Below the pieces are notes generated by a model, which saw nothing but the letters and a program-made list of their open reading frames with translations, made no database searches and was not told the origin of the DNA. Source: Gemmatimonadales bacterium (lineage in GTDB: Bacteria; Gemmatimonadota; Gemmatimonadetes; Gemmatimonadales; GWC2-71-9). Taken from it: a stretch of DNA of 64,000 nt. The translations under genes and the position numbers were made by a program. Of this stretch, positions 44,723 through 54,449 are shown piece by piece (the stretch's first letter is position 1; each line of letters opens with the position of its first letter). The stretch lies in NCBI GenBank assembly GCA_041613315.1, contig JBFJHJ010000004.1, forward strand, positions 32,001 to 96,000, given 5' to 3'.

Positions 44723-45163
44723 ATGGCCGTTGCACGCCGGCCGAGGGCCGTTGCCGTGCTGCTACGCGCCGTCGCCGGATGTGCGGTCTCGAGCCTGTGG
44801 TTCCTCCCCGCGGTGCTTGCTCGCCGGGACGTGATCGGGTTTCTACTCTTTGTCGCTGCCGCGGGGGCCGCCTCAGCCGTGGCCGGCGCCCTCGGGGGGG
44901 CTGCACTCTGTGACCGGCACAAGACCCCTGCAACACGCCACGCCGTGTTCCGCGGCGTCGGCATCGCGACGTTGGCCCTGGGACTGTTCGCGCCGCTCTT
45001 TGCCGTGCTCCATGGCTGGACCGCGCGGGGGGAGACGAGGCTGATTGGGCTAAGCATCGCAGCCCTCGCATTCACGTTTCTAGCTACCTGGTGAGTCGCG
45101 GCGCTTCTCGTCGCTCCGCGCGAGACGTTGTCACGCTTGGATGACCTGCCGGCAGTGAAGTGA
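44723..45163 (+). pseudogene. Small multi-pass membrane protein with in-frame TGA at 45092-45094 (possible nonsense mutation)
   Basis: Four hydrophobic segments; the hydrophobic frame continues past the TGA (ATW*VAALLVA…) to a TGA at 45161 next to a terminator hairpin. Confidence 0.4.
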
Positions 45164-45165
45164 GG

Positions 45166-45195
45166 AAAGGGGGACCGGAACGGCCGGCCCCCCTC
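45166..45195 (-). terminator. Intrinsic terminator-like hairpin between convergent genes
   Basis: GGGGGACCGG…CCGGCCCCCC stem, followed by TTT on the minus strand, just after the OMP stop. Confidence 0.55.
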
Positions 45196-45218
45196 GTTGG
45201 CGCGCGAGCCGCGCGCCC

Positions 45219-45785
45219 TTAGAACTTCACGCGAAAACCGACGCCCAACGGCCAGACCCAGGCATTCGTCGTGCCCAGGTCGGCCTCGTCCGAGAACGCG
45301 ATGTCGCCCTGCGGGCTGATCAGGATGTCGACCGACGGAGTCGCCTTGATACCGAGCTTCGCACCGGCGTTGATCGCGAAGTAGGTCTGGCTGGACGACA
45401 AGTCACCCCCAAACGTCATGGCGCCGGCGCCGAGGTTCAGGGTGAGGACCACCTTCTCATTCTCGAAGGCATCGAAGCCGACCTTCGCCAGATAGTGATA
45501 CGTGTTGATGTTGAAATCCGGCGTGGCGGTGCCGTGGATCCCCACGTCGACGTCCGCCATGAGCCGGATCTTCTCGGTCACGCGGTACCCGATGCCGACG
45601 CCGCCCCCGAACCCGAGATCGGCTGCATCGGCAATGTCGAACGTCGGGAGCATGGCCGTGCCCCGGAGCTCCAGGCTGATCGGCTTCTCGACCTGCGCCA
45701 TCTGGGCTGCCCCTTCCGTCGGCGCCGACACACCCACCGCGACCGCGGCCGCAGCCGCAGCCGCCACACAAAACGTCGTACGCAT
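45219..45785 (-). CDS. Small outer-membrane beta-barrel protein (OmpA-TM/OmpW-like)
   Basis: GGAGG SD; signal peptide; alternating beta strands; C-terminal beta-signal …LGVGFRVKF. Confidence 0.8.
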   Translation of the reverse strand: MRTTFCVAAAAAAAVAVGVSAPTEGAAQMAQVEKPISLELRGTAMLPTFDIADAADLGFGGGVGIGYRVTEKIRLMADVDVGIHGTATPDFNINTYHYLAKVGFDAFENEKVVLTLNLGAGAMTFGGDLSSSQTYFAINAGAKLGIKATPSVDILISPQGDIAFSDEADLGTTNAWVWPLGVGFRVKF

Positions 45786-45925
45786 TTTCCTGCCTCCAGT
45801 GTCTTCAAGTTGCGGGAGCGGCCACGGGCAACCGACCCCAGTTCGATCTTCCAACCAGCAGCCCCCGTTCTCCCCTTGCCCGTGATCGCTCGGGATCCGA
45901 GGCGCCGCCCAACTCCGCACCCCAA

Positions 45926-45954
45926 ACGATAGGGCCTCGGGCCCCGTTTGTCAA
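45926..45954 (-). promoter_or_regulatory. Putative sigma70 promoter for the OMP gene
   Basis: TTGACA-N17-TATCGT. Confidence 0.6.
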
Positions 45955-46163
45955 GGTTTTGTCTAACTTATTGATGGACAGTATCTGGATTCACCGCTCT
46001 TCGGTAACCCTGGCGCTGAACGTGGCAGCCCATGGCCCTCCAGACCGCACGCCCCGCCGGGCGCGGCGTTCGGCTCGCTCGCTGCCGCGGCGGCTAGGCG
46101 GTACGATATGACTCCCGCGCGAAGGGCGTGTGGGATCCATCGCAACGAGCCCTCGGAGACGCC

Positions 46164-48416
46164 ATGCCCCGTCGCCACATGGTCTGTCGCTTCGCTCTCC
46201 TCGCCATCGCCGCCGCGCTCCTCCTTCCGTCAGGCGCAGGCGCTCAGTCAGGTTCGTCGCCGACGGCTCAGCAAAGCGGTGACCTGTCGGTAGCGATGGT
46301 CATCAGCGGCGGGGCCTCGCTCGGCGTTTACGAGGCCGGCTACATGTACGCGCTGGGCGAGGTCCTCAAGCGACAGGGCGTTCCGCTGCGGGTGGCGACC
46401 GGAGCCTCGGCCGGAAGCGGGAACGCCCTCTTCACCGCGCTCAGCAGCTGCGCCCCCGCGAACGACTTCCCGACCCAGGACCTCGGGTACCAGTTCTGGC
46501 TTGCCCAACAATTCGACAGCATCTTCGAGCCGGATTCGAGTACCGCCGTCAGCGCGTTCATCGCAACCCCGGGCCTAGTGGACCTGCGCCGGCTCCTCGG
46601 TGAGATCTGGCAGCGCCGTCTCCCCGAATCGTGCGACGTGGCATTGGGGATTCCGGTCACCAGGCTCACGCCACTCGACGTGACCCTGCAGGGCCAGCTC
46701 ACCGTGCCACGGCAGCTGCTGTACTTCACGCTGCGGATTCTCGGCCGGGGAGACGGTCTGCCACCGGTGCTTCGAAACACCATTGACTCGGGCTCCGAGG
46801 CTCCCCAGCTCCTCTTGCCGCTGGCGGCAGATCCCGACGCCGGCAACGCGGCAAGCCGGGACCGCGACCGCCTTATCCAGGTCATCGCCGCCTCCGGCGC
46901 CTTCCCCTTCGCGTTCGCGCCCGTGCGCCTGGCATACTGCATCTACCCCACCGTGGACGCCGATGCGTGTCACGAGGCCGACCACCGAGATCCGTTCATC
47001 GACGGCGGCGTCTTCGACAACGTCCCACTTGGCCTCGCCAGCGCCCTGAGCAGGTCCCGTCACACGACGGGCGAACGCACCCTGTTCGTGTACATGGATC
47101 CCGATCTCCGTGCCTACCCGGTGCCGGCGCCACGTGCGTCCCCGTCACCGCCCAACGTCTTCCGCCACGGCGCCATGATCGCACAGGGGTTTGTCCGGCA
47201 AGCCCGCAAGACCGAGCTCTTCGCCCTGCTCGAGGAACGAACCCCTGCCCTGGACCCGGGCAGTTTGCTCATCGCGTCGAACCGGTTTCCGCAGGCCAGC
47301 GGCTTCCTCAGCAACTTCTTCGGCCTGTTCGAACGCGAGTTCCGGCGCTTCGATTTCTATCTGGGCATGTACGACGCGCTCCACGATCTGGCCTCGTGGC
47401 GCCAGCTCCCGTCGGACCGCGGACGGCAGGAGCTCGAGGCGCTCGTGTCGACGCCCGACTGGCAGCCGCTGCTCTGCTTGCGAGAGTGGTACGACTCGAC
47501 GGCCGCGACGCGACGCCCGAGCTGCGACGGCGACAGCCTGCGCGACTTCCGCATCCTCGCGCAAGTCGCCCTGAACCGGGTGTATTCCGAGTGCCGGGAC
47601 CTCAGCGCGGAGCAGCGTCGCCGTCCCATCGCCCACTACCACTGCCGTCGTGCCGCAGAGGGCGCGCTCCCGCCAACGATCGCCCAGGCGACCCACCCCC
47701 TGGACTCGACACAGGCACTGCGCGATACCACGAAGAACGAGACTGAGCTGGACTACAACCTCCGGCTCCTCGCCGCCTACGGGTTTCATTTCCGGGACCT
47801 CGGCGTGCCTCGCGGTCACGCCGGCCACGCGCGCCGAGTCCTGGCCCGCCGTCTCCGTGAGGTGGTGGAGACCCTCGCCGACCGGCAGCCCACGGGATCC
47901 GACCGTAGAATCGTGCGCCTCGCCACGCTGGCCGTGGGTGCCATCTACTACGAGCCCCCGCCCAGCTGGCGGTACGTTGTCGTCGGGACGGCGCAGGAGC
48001 TGGGCGCCAGCCAGGCCGTGCCGGGGTTCCCCGACTGGCTGCGTCTCAACGCCGCGCTTCGGCTGAAAGGGATCGTGTCGCTTCTCACCCAGGATCCCAA
48101 CGAGTTCGCGGCCGGCGTGTTCGCAGGGCCCGACATCGAGCTGCGGCCGTTCAGCAGTCCCGCGCACATCATCACTATCGCCCCGCGGGTGGGGTATCAG
48201 TTCTCCCAGGGCGACCGCTTTCGTTCCGAGCCGTGCGACGCGGCGCGGACCAGCGGCGACGGGCGCGGCTGCAGTCAGGTGGTGCTCCAGGCCGTCACCT
48301 CGCTCATCGTGATCGAACGTGTCCGGCTGCAGGTCTCCTTGGATTACTTCCCCCGCAACGTGGACTTCGACAATCGCTCGTATGACGTCCAGATCGCGCT
48401 CGGCGTGCAGTTCTGA
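46164..48416 (+). CDS. Secreted patatin-like phospholipase with probable C-terminal beta-barrel
   Basis: Signal peptide; ISGGASLG oxyanion loop, GASAG nucleophile and DGGVFDN; ends YDVQIALGVQF. Confidence 0.85.
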   Translation: MPRRHMVCRFALLAIAAALLLPSGAGAQSGSSPTAQQSGDLSVAMVISGGASLGVYEAGYMYALGEVLKRQGVPLRVATGASAGSGNALFTALSSCAPANDFPTQDLGYQFWLAQQFDSIFEPDSSTAVSAFIATPGLVDLRRLLGEIWQRRLPESCDVALGIPVTRLTPLDVTLQGQLTVPRQLLYFTLRILGRGDGLPPVLRNTIDSGSEAPQLLLPLAADPDAGNAASRDRDRLIQVIAASGAFPFAFAPVRLAYCIYPTVDADACHEADHRDPFIDGGVFDNVPLGLASALSRSRHTTGERTLFVYMDPDLRAYPVPAPRASPSPPNVFRHGAMIAQGFVRQARKTELFALLEERTPALDPGSLLIASNRFPQASGFLSNFFGLFEREFRRFDFYLGMYDALHDLASWRQLPSDRGRQELEALVSTPDWQPLLCLREWYDSTAATRRPSCDGDSLRDFRILAQVALNRVYSECRDLSAEQRRRPIAHYHCRRAAEGALPPTIAQATHPLDSTQALRDTTKNETELDYNLRLLAAYGFHFRDLGVPRGHAGHARRVLARRLREVVETLADRQPTGSDRRIVRLATLAVGAIYYEPPPSWRYVVVGTAQELGASQAVPGFPDWLRLNAALRLKGIVSLLTQDPNEFAAGVFAGPDIELRPFSSPAHIITIAPRVGYQFSQGDRFRSEPCDAARTSGDGRGCSQVVLQAVTSLIVIERVRLQVSLDYFPRNVDFDNRSYDVQIALGVQF

Positions 48417-48525
48417 CCACGAGCCTACGGGGAGGACTATCGGCAAGGATTCGGTCACCCGCCCCGCTGGCGCTCCCGCCCCCGGTCCGCATGATTGACG
48501 GTGCTACCCCCAGGGACGCTGACCC

Positions 48526-49674
48526 ATGATTGCGCAATCCATCGTCTCCCCCGAAGACCAGCGCGTCACGTTCGTCGAGCTGTTCTTCGACCTCGTCTTC
48601 GTCTTCGCCGTGACCCAGGTGGTCCACCTGCTGCACGACGGCCTCGCCTGGGGCGCGATCGGCCGGGCGATCCTCGTCTTCTGGCTCGTGTGGTGGGCGT
48701 GGACGCAGTTCACCTGGGCGCTCAACGCCGCCGACACGACGCATCACCTCGTCCAGCTCGGCACGCTGGCGGCGACGGCCGTGGCGTTCGTGATGGCCGT
48801 GGCACTCCCGGACTCCTTTCACGGCCGCGCCCTGTGGTTCGCGGTCCCCTACGTCCTCGTGCGCGGGATCGGCCTCACCCTGTACAGCTGGGTGGCGGAG
48901 GCGTCGGACCCCTCGCAGCACGCCGCGGTGCGCACGTTCTCGCTCGTCTCCCTGGGCGGGCTCGCCGCCGTGATGATGGGCGCCGTGGCCGGCGGCACGA
49001 CACAGTACTGGGCCTGGGGGCTCGCCATCTTCCTGGACGTGATCGCCGCCGCCGTCGGTGGACAGATGGAGGGCTGGAACCTGCACGCCGAGCACTTCGG
49101 TGAGCGCCACGGCCTGTTCGTGATCATCGCCCTGGGCGAGTCCCTGATCGTCACCGCCGGCGGCGTGACCGGCACCACATGGGGTGCTCACCTGATCGGC
49201 ATCGGCCTCGTGGCCGTGGGCCTCACATGCGCCCTGTGGTGGAGCTACTTCCCGCGCGCCAAGCCCCAGCTCGATCACGCCCTGGAAGCGAAACGCGGCG
49301 CGGCGCAGACCACGCTCGCCAGGGACGTCTTCAGCTTGGCGCACTTCCCTATGCTCTGCGGCGTGATCGCCTACGCCGCGGCCCTGGCCGAAGCGGTGGC
49401 GCATCCGGCGGAGCCGCTCTCCTTCGTGTGGCGCCTCACCCTGGCCGCGGGGGTCGTGTTTTTCGTGGGCGGCATGGCGGGTGCCATCTGGCGGGCGACC
49501 AACCGCCTCCTCGTCCGCCGCCTCGGTGTGACGGCCGGAACGGCGTTCGCGATCGTCGCCGTCCCGGGCGTCGCTCCGCTCGTGAGCCTGGCGTTCGCCC
49601 TGGCCGGAGTCACGACCGTTGCGGTCCTGGAGCAGCGGGTGGGGGAGCCCGGCGCCCGCGTCACGGTGCCGTAG
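48526..49674 (+). CDS. ltrA: Low temperature requirement protein A family membrane protein
   Basis: VTFVELFFDLVFVFAVTQ and HFGERHGLFVIIALGESL motifs. Confidence 0.9.
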   Translation: MIAQSIVSPEDQRVTFVELFFDLVFVFAVTQVVHLLHDGLAWGAIGRAILVFWLVWWAWTQFTWALNAADTTHHLVQLGTLAATAVAFVMAVALPDSFHGRALWFAVPYVLVRGIGLTLYSWVAEASDPSQHAAVRTFSLVSLGGLAAVMMGAVAGGTTQYWAWGLAIFLDVIAAAVGGQMEGWNLHAEHFGERHGLFVIIALGESLIVTAGGVTGTTWGAHLIGIGLVAVGLTCALWWSYFPRAKPQLDHALEAKRGAAQTTLARDVFSLAHFPMLCGVIAYAAALAEAVAHPAEPLSFVWRLTLAAGVVFFVGGMAGAIWRATNRLLVRRLGVTAGTAFAIVAVPGVAPLVSLAFALAGVTTVAVLEQRVGEPGARVTVP

Positions 49675-49680
49675 GTCGCC

Positions 49681-50943
49681 ATGCGCTTCACGCTGAGCGT
49701 CCTCGCGGCGCTGATCGTCGGCCTCGCGGCGGGCGCCGCCGCGGCCGCGGCCGGGAACGCCACGCTCCTCGCCGTTGCCCGGGGCATCGAGCCGGTGGGC
49801 ACGCTCTGGATCAACGCCATCCGCATGACGGTCATCCCGCTGGTGGTGGCGCTCGTCGTGACCGCCGTCGCCACCCACGCGGACCTGACGCGCGTCGGCC
49901 GCTTGGGGGGTCGCGCCATCGCCGCCTTCGCGGTGCTTCTCGTGGCCGGCGGACTCTTCACGGTGGCGATCGCGCCGTTCTCGATCGATCTCCTGCGTAT
50001 CGCGCCGGATGTGGCCGCCGATCTCCGGGCGGGCGCGGCGGCGACCGGGGCCATCGACACCGCGCCGGAGATGCCCACCCTGGTGGATCGCATCCTCGAG
50101 ATCATCCCTGCCAACCCGATCCGCGCCGCGGCGGACGGCGCCATGCTCCCGGTGGTCGTGTTCTCGCTGGCGTTCGGGCTGGCGATCACCCGGCTGGAGG
50201 CCGGGCGCCGGACGTCACTGGTCCGCGCGTTCCGCGCGCTCGGCGACGCGATGCTGGTGCTCGTCAAATGGGTGCTGGCCGCGGCGCCGGTCGGGATCTT
50301 CGCCCTCGCCGTCGGGCTGGGCGCCACGATGGGCGCCTCGGCGGTGGGTGCCCTGCTCCACTACATCGTGACGCTCGCCCTGGTGCTCACGGCCTTCGCG
50401 CTCGCGCTCTACCCCCTGGTGCGGCTGGCGGGTGGGATGCCCCTCCGCCGCTTCGCCGCGGCGGTGGCACCCGCCCAGGCGGTCGCCTTCAGCTCGCGAT
50501 CGTCCCTGGCCGCCCTCCCCGCGCTCATCGCCGGGGCCCGCGATCGGTTAGGCGCCGGCTCTGCGGTCACTGGGTTCGCGCTCCCGCTCGCCGTGTCGGT
50601 CTTCCGGGTGAACGTCCCGATCGCATGGGTGGTGGGTGCACTGTTCCTGGGGGAGCTGTATGGGATCCGGCTCGACCTGCCGGCGCTCTTGGGGCTGGTG
50701 CTGACGTCGACGCTGATCAGCTTCAGCGTGCCCGGGATCCCGAGCGCCAGCCTCTTCCTGCTCGCGCCGGTGCTCGTGGACCTGGGTCTCCCCGCCGCGG
50801 GCGCCGGGATCTTGATCGCGGTGGACGCGATTCCCGACATGTTCAAGACGACGGCCAACACGACCGCGCACCTCGCGGCGTCGGTGATCGTGGCGGGGCG
50901 TGGGGGCGCCGATGCCGCGGAGGAGAGCCCCGAGGCACGCTAG
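49681..50943 (+). CDS. Dicarboxylate/amino acid:cation (DAACS) symporter
   Basis: IRMTVIPLV, IIPANP, AFSSRSSLAALP and AVDAIPDMFKTTAN motifs. Confidence 0.9.
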   Translation: MRFTLSVLAALIVGLAAGAAAAAAGNATLLAVARGIEPVGTLWINAIRMTVIPLVVALVVTAVATHADLTRVGRLGGRAIAAFAVLLVAGGLFTVAIAPFSIDLLRIAPDVAADLRAGAAATGAIDTAPEMPTLVDRILEIIPANPIRAAADGAMLPVVVFSLAFGLAITRLEAGRRTSLVRAFRALGDAMLVLVKWVLAAAPVGIFALAVGLGATMGASAVGALLHYIVTLALVLTAFALALYPLVRLAGGMPLRRFAAAVAPAQAVAFSSRSSLAALPALIAGARDRLGAGSAVTGFALPLAVSVFRVNVPIAWVVGALFLGELYGIRLDLPALLGLVLTSTLISFSVPGIPSASLFLLAPVLVDLGLPAAGAGILIAVDAIPDMFKTTANTTAHLAASVIVAGRGGADAAEESPEAR

Positions 50944-51086
50944 CGAAACCTCCACTCAGTCGCGACCGTTATCTGGTACACCGGGATAGCCGCCCGCCGG
51001 AATGGGCGATACTATTCCCTCCCCTGTGCCCGCGACGCGCAGGTCGCATCGTGCATCACCCGTGTGAACGCCTCCGGAGTGCCCCC

Positions 51087-54000
51087 ATGCCATTGCACCA
51101 CGTCCGCTCACTGCTTCTCGCCGCGCTCGCCTGCGCGGTGAGCGCCGCTCCCATCCCCGCCTGGGCCCAGGCCGCCCAGCGGGACACCACGGGTCTCCCG
51201 CTCGAGCCGGCCCGCTGGGCCCGCTTCACCACGAGCCAAGGGACCTGGATCTCGCTGGACGTGAGTCCCGACGCCCGGACGATCGTGTTCGACCTGCTGG
51301 GTGACCTCTACACGATCCCCATCACCGGGGGGACCGCGACCCGGCTGACGCAGGGGCTCGCCCACGACATGCAGCCCCGGTTCAGCCCGGACGGCAAGCG
51401 GATCGTGTTCGTCTCCGACCGCTCGGGCGACGACAACGTCTGGCTCCTGACGTTGGAGACCGGGGCGGCGCGGCCCCTCACCGAAAGCACGGGCTTGGGC
51501 TTCATCGACGGCTACCTGTCGCCCGAGTGGACCCCGGATGGGAACTACGTCGTGGTGTCCCGCGCGGTGCCGCTCCAGGGTCTCGAGAAGCTCTGGCTGT
51601 ATCACGTGGACGGAGGCACGGGACTGGAGATGGCGGGTGGCCCGGGTGGGCTGCGCCTCCTGGGGGCCGCGTTCGGACCCAACCCCCGCTACGTCTGGTT
51701 CAGCCAGCGGTTCGGTGCCTGGCAGTACAACGCGATCCTCCCGCAGTACCAACTGGGCGTGTACGACCGCGAGACGGGCACGCGCACCACGATGAGCTCG
51801 CGCTACGGCTCGGCCTTCCGCCCGGCCCTCTCGCCCGACGGCAGGTGGCTGGCGTACGGCTCCCGCCACGACGCGGAGACCGGTCTGGTCCTCCGCGAAC
51901 TGGCGACGGGCGAAGAGCGCTGGCTCGCGTACCCGATCCAGCGGGACGAGCAGGAATCGCTCGCGAGCATGGACGTCCTCCCCGGCTACTCGTTCATGCC
52001 GGACTCGCGCGCGCTCGTGATCTCCTACGGCGGCGAGATCTGGCGCGTGCCGGTGGACGGCGCGGCGGCGGCGAAGATCCCGTTCACGGTCCAGGCCGAG
52101 GTCGCCGTCGGACCGGAGGTCGAGTTCGAGTACCCGATCGAGGACGCGCCCACGTTCACGGTCAAGCAGATCCGCGACGCGGTGCCCTCGCCGGACGGCA
52201 GGCGCATTGCGTTCACGGCGCTCGACCGGCTGTACGTGATGGACCAGCCGGAGGGGGCGCCACGCCGACTCACCGATCAAAACACCGGGGAGTATCACCC
52301 GGCGTGGTCGGCGGACGGGAACGCCATCGCGTACGTGACGTGGAACGACACCACCGGCCACATCATGCGTGTGGGCGCCACGGGCGGCCGGCCGACACAG
52401 CTCACGCGCGCGTCGGCCTACTACCAGCAGCCCGCATGGTCGCCAGACGGCCGGCGCATCGTCGCGCTGCGAGCGGCGGCGCGGGACCTGAAGGAGGCGG
52501 TCGACCCCTTCGTCTTCAACGGCCTGGGCACCGAGCTCGTGTGGGTTCCGGCCGCGGGCGGTGACGTGACGGTCATCGGGCCCACGCGGGGGCGCGGCAA
52601 GCCGCATTTCACGACCGACCCGAACCGGATCTACGCCTATGGCTTAGTGCCCGGCGAACAGCTCCGGCCCGGGCAGATCGCACCGGTTGCGCTCATGTCG
52701 TTCCGGTGGGACGACACCGATCTCAAGCAGCACCTGCGCGTGACGTGGCGGCTGCCGCTCCTCCCGGCGGGGCGAGAGGTCTCGAAGACGTCCGACCTCT
52801 TGATGCCGACCGACTTCGAGCGCGAGCCCGCGATCCCCCAGGTCCCCGCCGATCTCGTGATGATGGCGCCCCGTGGGGATCTCGCGATGGCCCAGGTGAA
52901 CAACGACGTCTACATCGTGACAGTGCCGACGGTGGGGGGCGAGGTGCCCACGGTGATGGTCACCAAGCCCGACAGCGCGGCGATGCCCGTCCGGAAGCTC
53001 ACCGACATCGGCGGCGAGTTCGCGACCTGGGGCGCCGACGGCCGCACGGTGCACTGGTCCATCGGCAACGCGTTCGTGACCTATCGGCTGGACCGCGCGG
53101 CGGCCGATACCGCGTACCGGGCCGAGGAGCGCCGGATCACGGTGAGCGCCACGCGCGACATACCGCAGGGGAGCGCGGTGCTCCGCGGCGCGCGCGTGAT
53201 CACCATGCGCGGCGACGAAGTCATCGAGAATGCCGACGTGGTGATCCGGAACAACCGCATCACGGAGGTCGGCGCCCGGGGGTCGGTGACGGTGCCGTCG
53301 GGCGCACGGACCATTGACGTGAGCGGCACGACCATCGTGCCGGGCTTCGTGGACACCCACGCCCACATGTGGAACCTGTGGGGCCTCCACTGGACCCGGC
53401 CCTGGATCTACCTCGCGAACCTGGCGTACGGCGTGACCGCCACGCGCGACCCGCAGACGGCGACGACCGACGTCCTGACCTACGCGGACCGGGTGGAAGC
53501 GGGCCAGATCCCCGGCCCCCGCGTCTACTCGACAGGCCCGGGCGTGTTCTGGTTCGAGGGGATTCGCGATCTCGACCACGCGCGACACGTGCTGCGCCGC
53601 TACAGCGACTACTACGACACGAAGACGTTCAAGATGTATCTGTCGGGCAATCGCAAGCAGCGGCAGTGGCTCATCATGGCGTCGCGCGAGCTCAAGCTCA
53701 TGCCCACCACCGAGGGCGGGCTCGAGTACCGGCTCGACATGACACACGCCATGGACGGCTATCCCGGCATCGAGCACACGATGCCGATCATCCCGGCGTA
53801 CAACGACGTGGTCGAGCTGTTCAAGACGTCCGGGACGACCAACACGCCCACGCTCCTGGTTTCGTACGGCGGCCCGTGGGCGGAGAACTACTACTACACG
53901 AACGAGAACGTGGCCGGCGACCAGAAGCTCCGGCACTTCACGCCGAAGGAGGAGCTGGACTGGAAGGTACGGCGCCGCAATCCGGGTCCCGGTCCGGGCG

Positions 54001-54449
54001 GCTGGTTCATGGAAGAGGAATACGCGTTCAAGAAGCACGCCGGCTGGATCAAGCAGCTGGTGGAGGGCGGCGGGCACGCCGGCGTAGGGAGCCACGGCCA
54101 GCTCCAGGGGTTGGGCTACCACTGGGAACTGTGGGCGATGCAGTCGGGCGGGATGAGCGAGCATGACGCCCTCCGCACCGCCACGATCCTGGGCGCCGAG
54201 GCGATCGGTTTGGGGAAAGACCTGGGCACGATCGAGGGCGGGAAGCTCGCGGACTTGATCGTCCTCGACGCCAACCCGCTCGAGAACATCCGCAACACGA
54301 ACACGATCCGCTACGTGATGAAGAACGGGCGACTGTACGATGGGGCCACCCTCAACGAAGTCTGGCCCCGAGAACGGCCCGCGCCCGACGAACCGTGGCG
54401 CCACGTCGCGCCGGACACCCAGAACGGCATTCGGGGAGGTGGGCGATGA
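51087..54449 (+). CDS. Secreted TolB/PD40 beta-propeller + amidohydrolase protein, paralog 1
   Basis: Signal peptide; SPDG PD40 repeats; PGFVDTHAH, GSHGQLQGLGYHWELW and GKLADLIVL motifs. Confidence 0.9.
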   Translation: MPLHHVRSLLLAALACAVSAAPIPAWAQAAQRDTTGLPLEPARWARFTTSQGTWISLDVSPDARTIVFDLLGDLYTIPITGGTATRLTQGLAHDMQPRFSPDGKRIVFVSDRSGDDNVWLLTLETGAARPLTESTGLGFIDGYLSPEWTPDGNYVVVSRAVPLQGLEKLWLYHVDGGTGLEMAGGPGGLRLLGAAFGPNPRYVWFSQRFGAWQYNAILPQYQLGVYDRETGTRTTMSSRYGSAFRPALSPDGRWLAYGSRHDAETGLVLRELATGEERWLAYPIQRDEQESLASMDVLPGYSFMPDSRALVISYGGEIWRVPVDGAAAAKIPFTVQAEVAVGPEVEFEYPIEDAPTFTVKQIRDAVPSPDGRRIAFTALDRLYVMDQPEGAPRRLTDQNTGEYHPAWSADGNAIAYVTWNDTTGHIMRVGATGGRPTQLTRASAYYQQPAWSPDGRRIVALRAAARDLKEAVDPFVFNGLGTELVWVPAAGGDVTVIGPTRGRGKPHFTTDPNRIYAYGLVPGEQLRPGQIAPVALMSFRWDDTDLKQHLRVTWRLPLLPAGREVSKTSDLLMPTDFEREPAIPQVPADLVMMAPRGDLAMAQVNNDVYIVTVPTVGGEVPTVMVTKPDSAAMPVRKLTDIGGEFATWGADGRTVHWSIGNAFVTYRLDRAAADTAYRAEERRITVSATRDIPQGSAVLRGARVITMRGDEVIENADVVIRNNRITEVGARGSVTVPSGARTIDVSGTTIVPGFVDTHAHMWNLWGLHWTRPWIYLANLAYGVTATRDPQTATTDVLTYADRVEAGQIPGPRVYSTGPGVFWFEGIRDLDHARHVLRRYSDYYDTKTFKMYLSGNRKQRQWLIMASRELKLMPTTEGGLEYRLDMTHAMDGYPGIEHTMPIIPAYNDVVELFKTSGTTNTPTLLVSYGGPWAENYYYTNENVAGDQKLRHFTPKEELDWKVRRRNPGPGPGGWFMEEEYAFKKHAGWIKQLVEGGGHAGVGSHGQLQGLGYHWELWAMQSGGMSEHDALRTATILGAEAIGLGKDLGTIEGGKLADLIVLDANPLENIRNTNTIRYVMKNGRLYDGATLNEVWPRERPAPDEPWRHVAPDTQNGIRGGGR

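Noticed and set aside
50965..51010. Two small hairpins upstream of amidohydrolase 1
   Set aside because: Short stems expected by chance at this GC content; no recognisable riboswitch motif.
49179..51086. Apparent N-terminal 636 aa of a 1756-aa giant protein
   Set aside because: Off-frame overlap with ltrA and the symporter; the real gene starts at ATG 51087 with a signal peptide.
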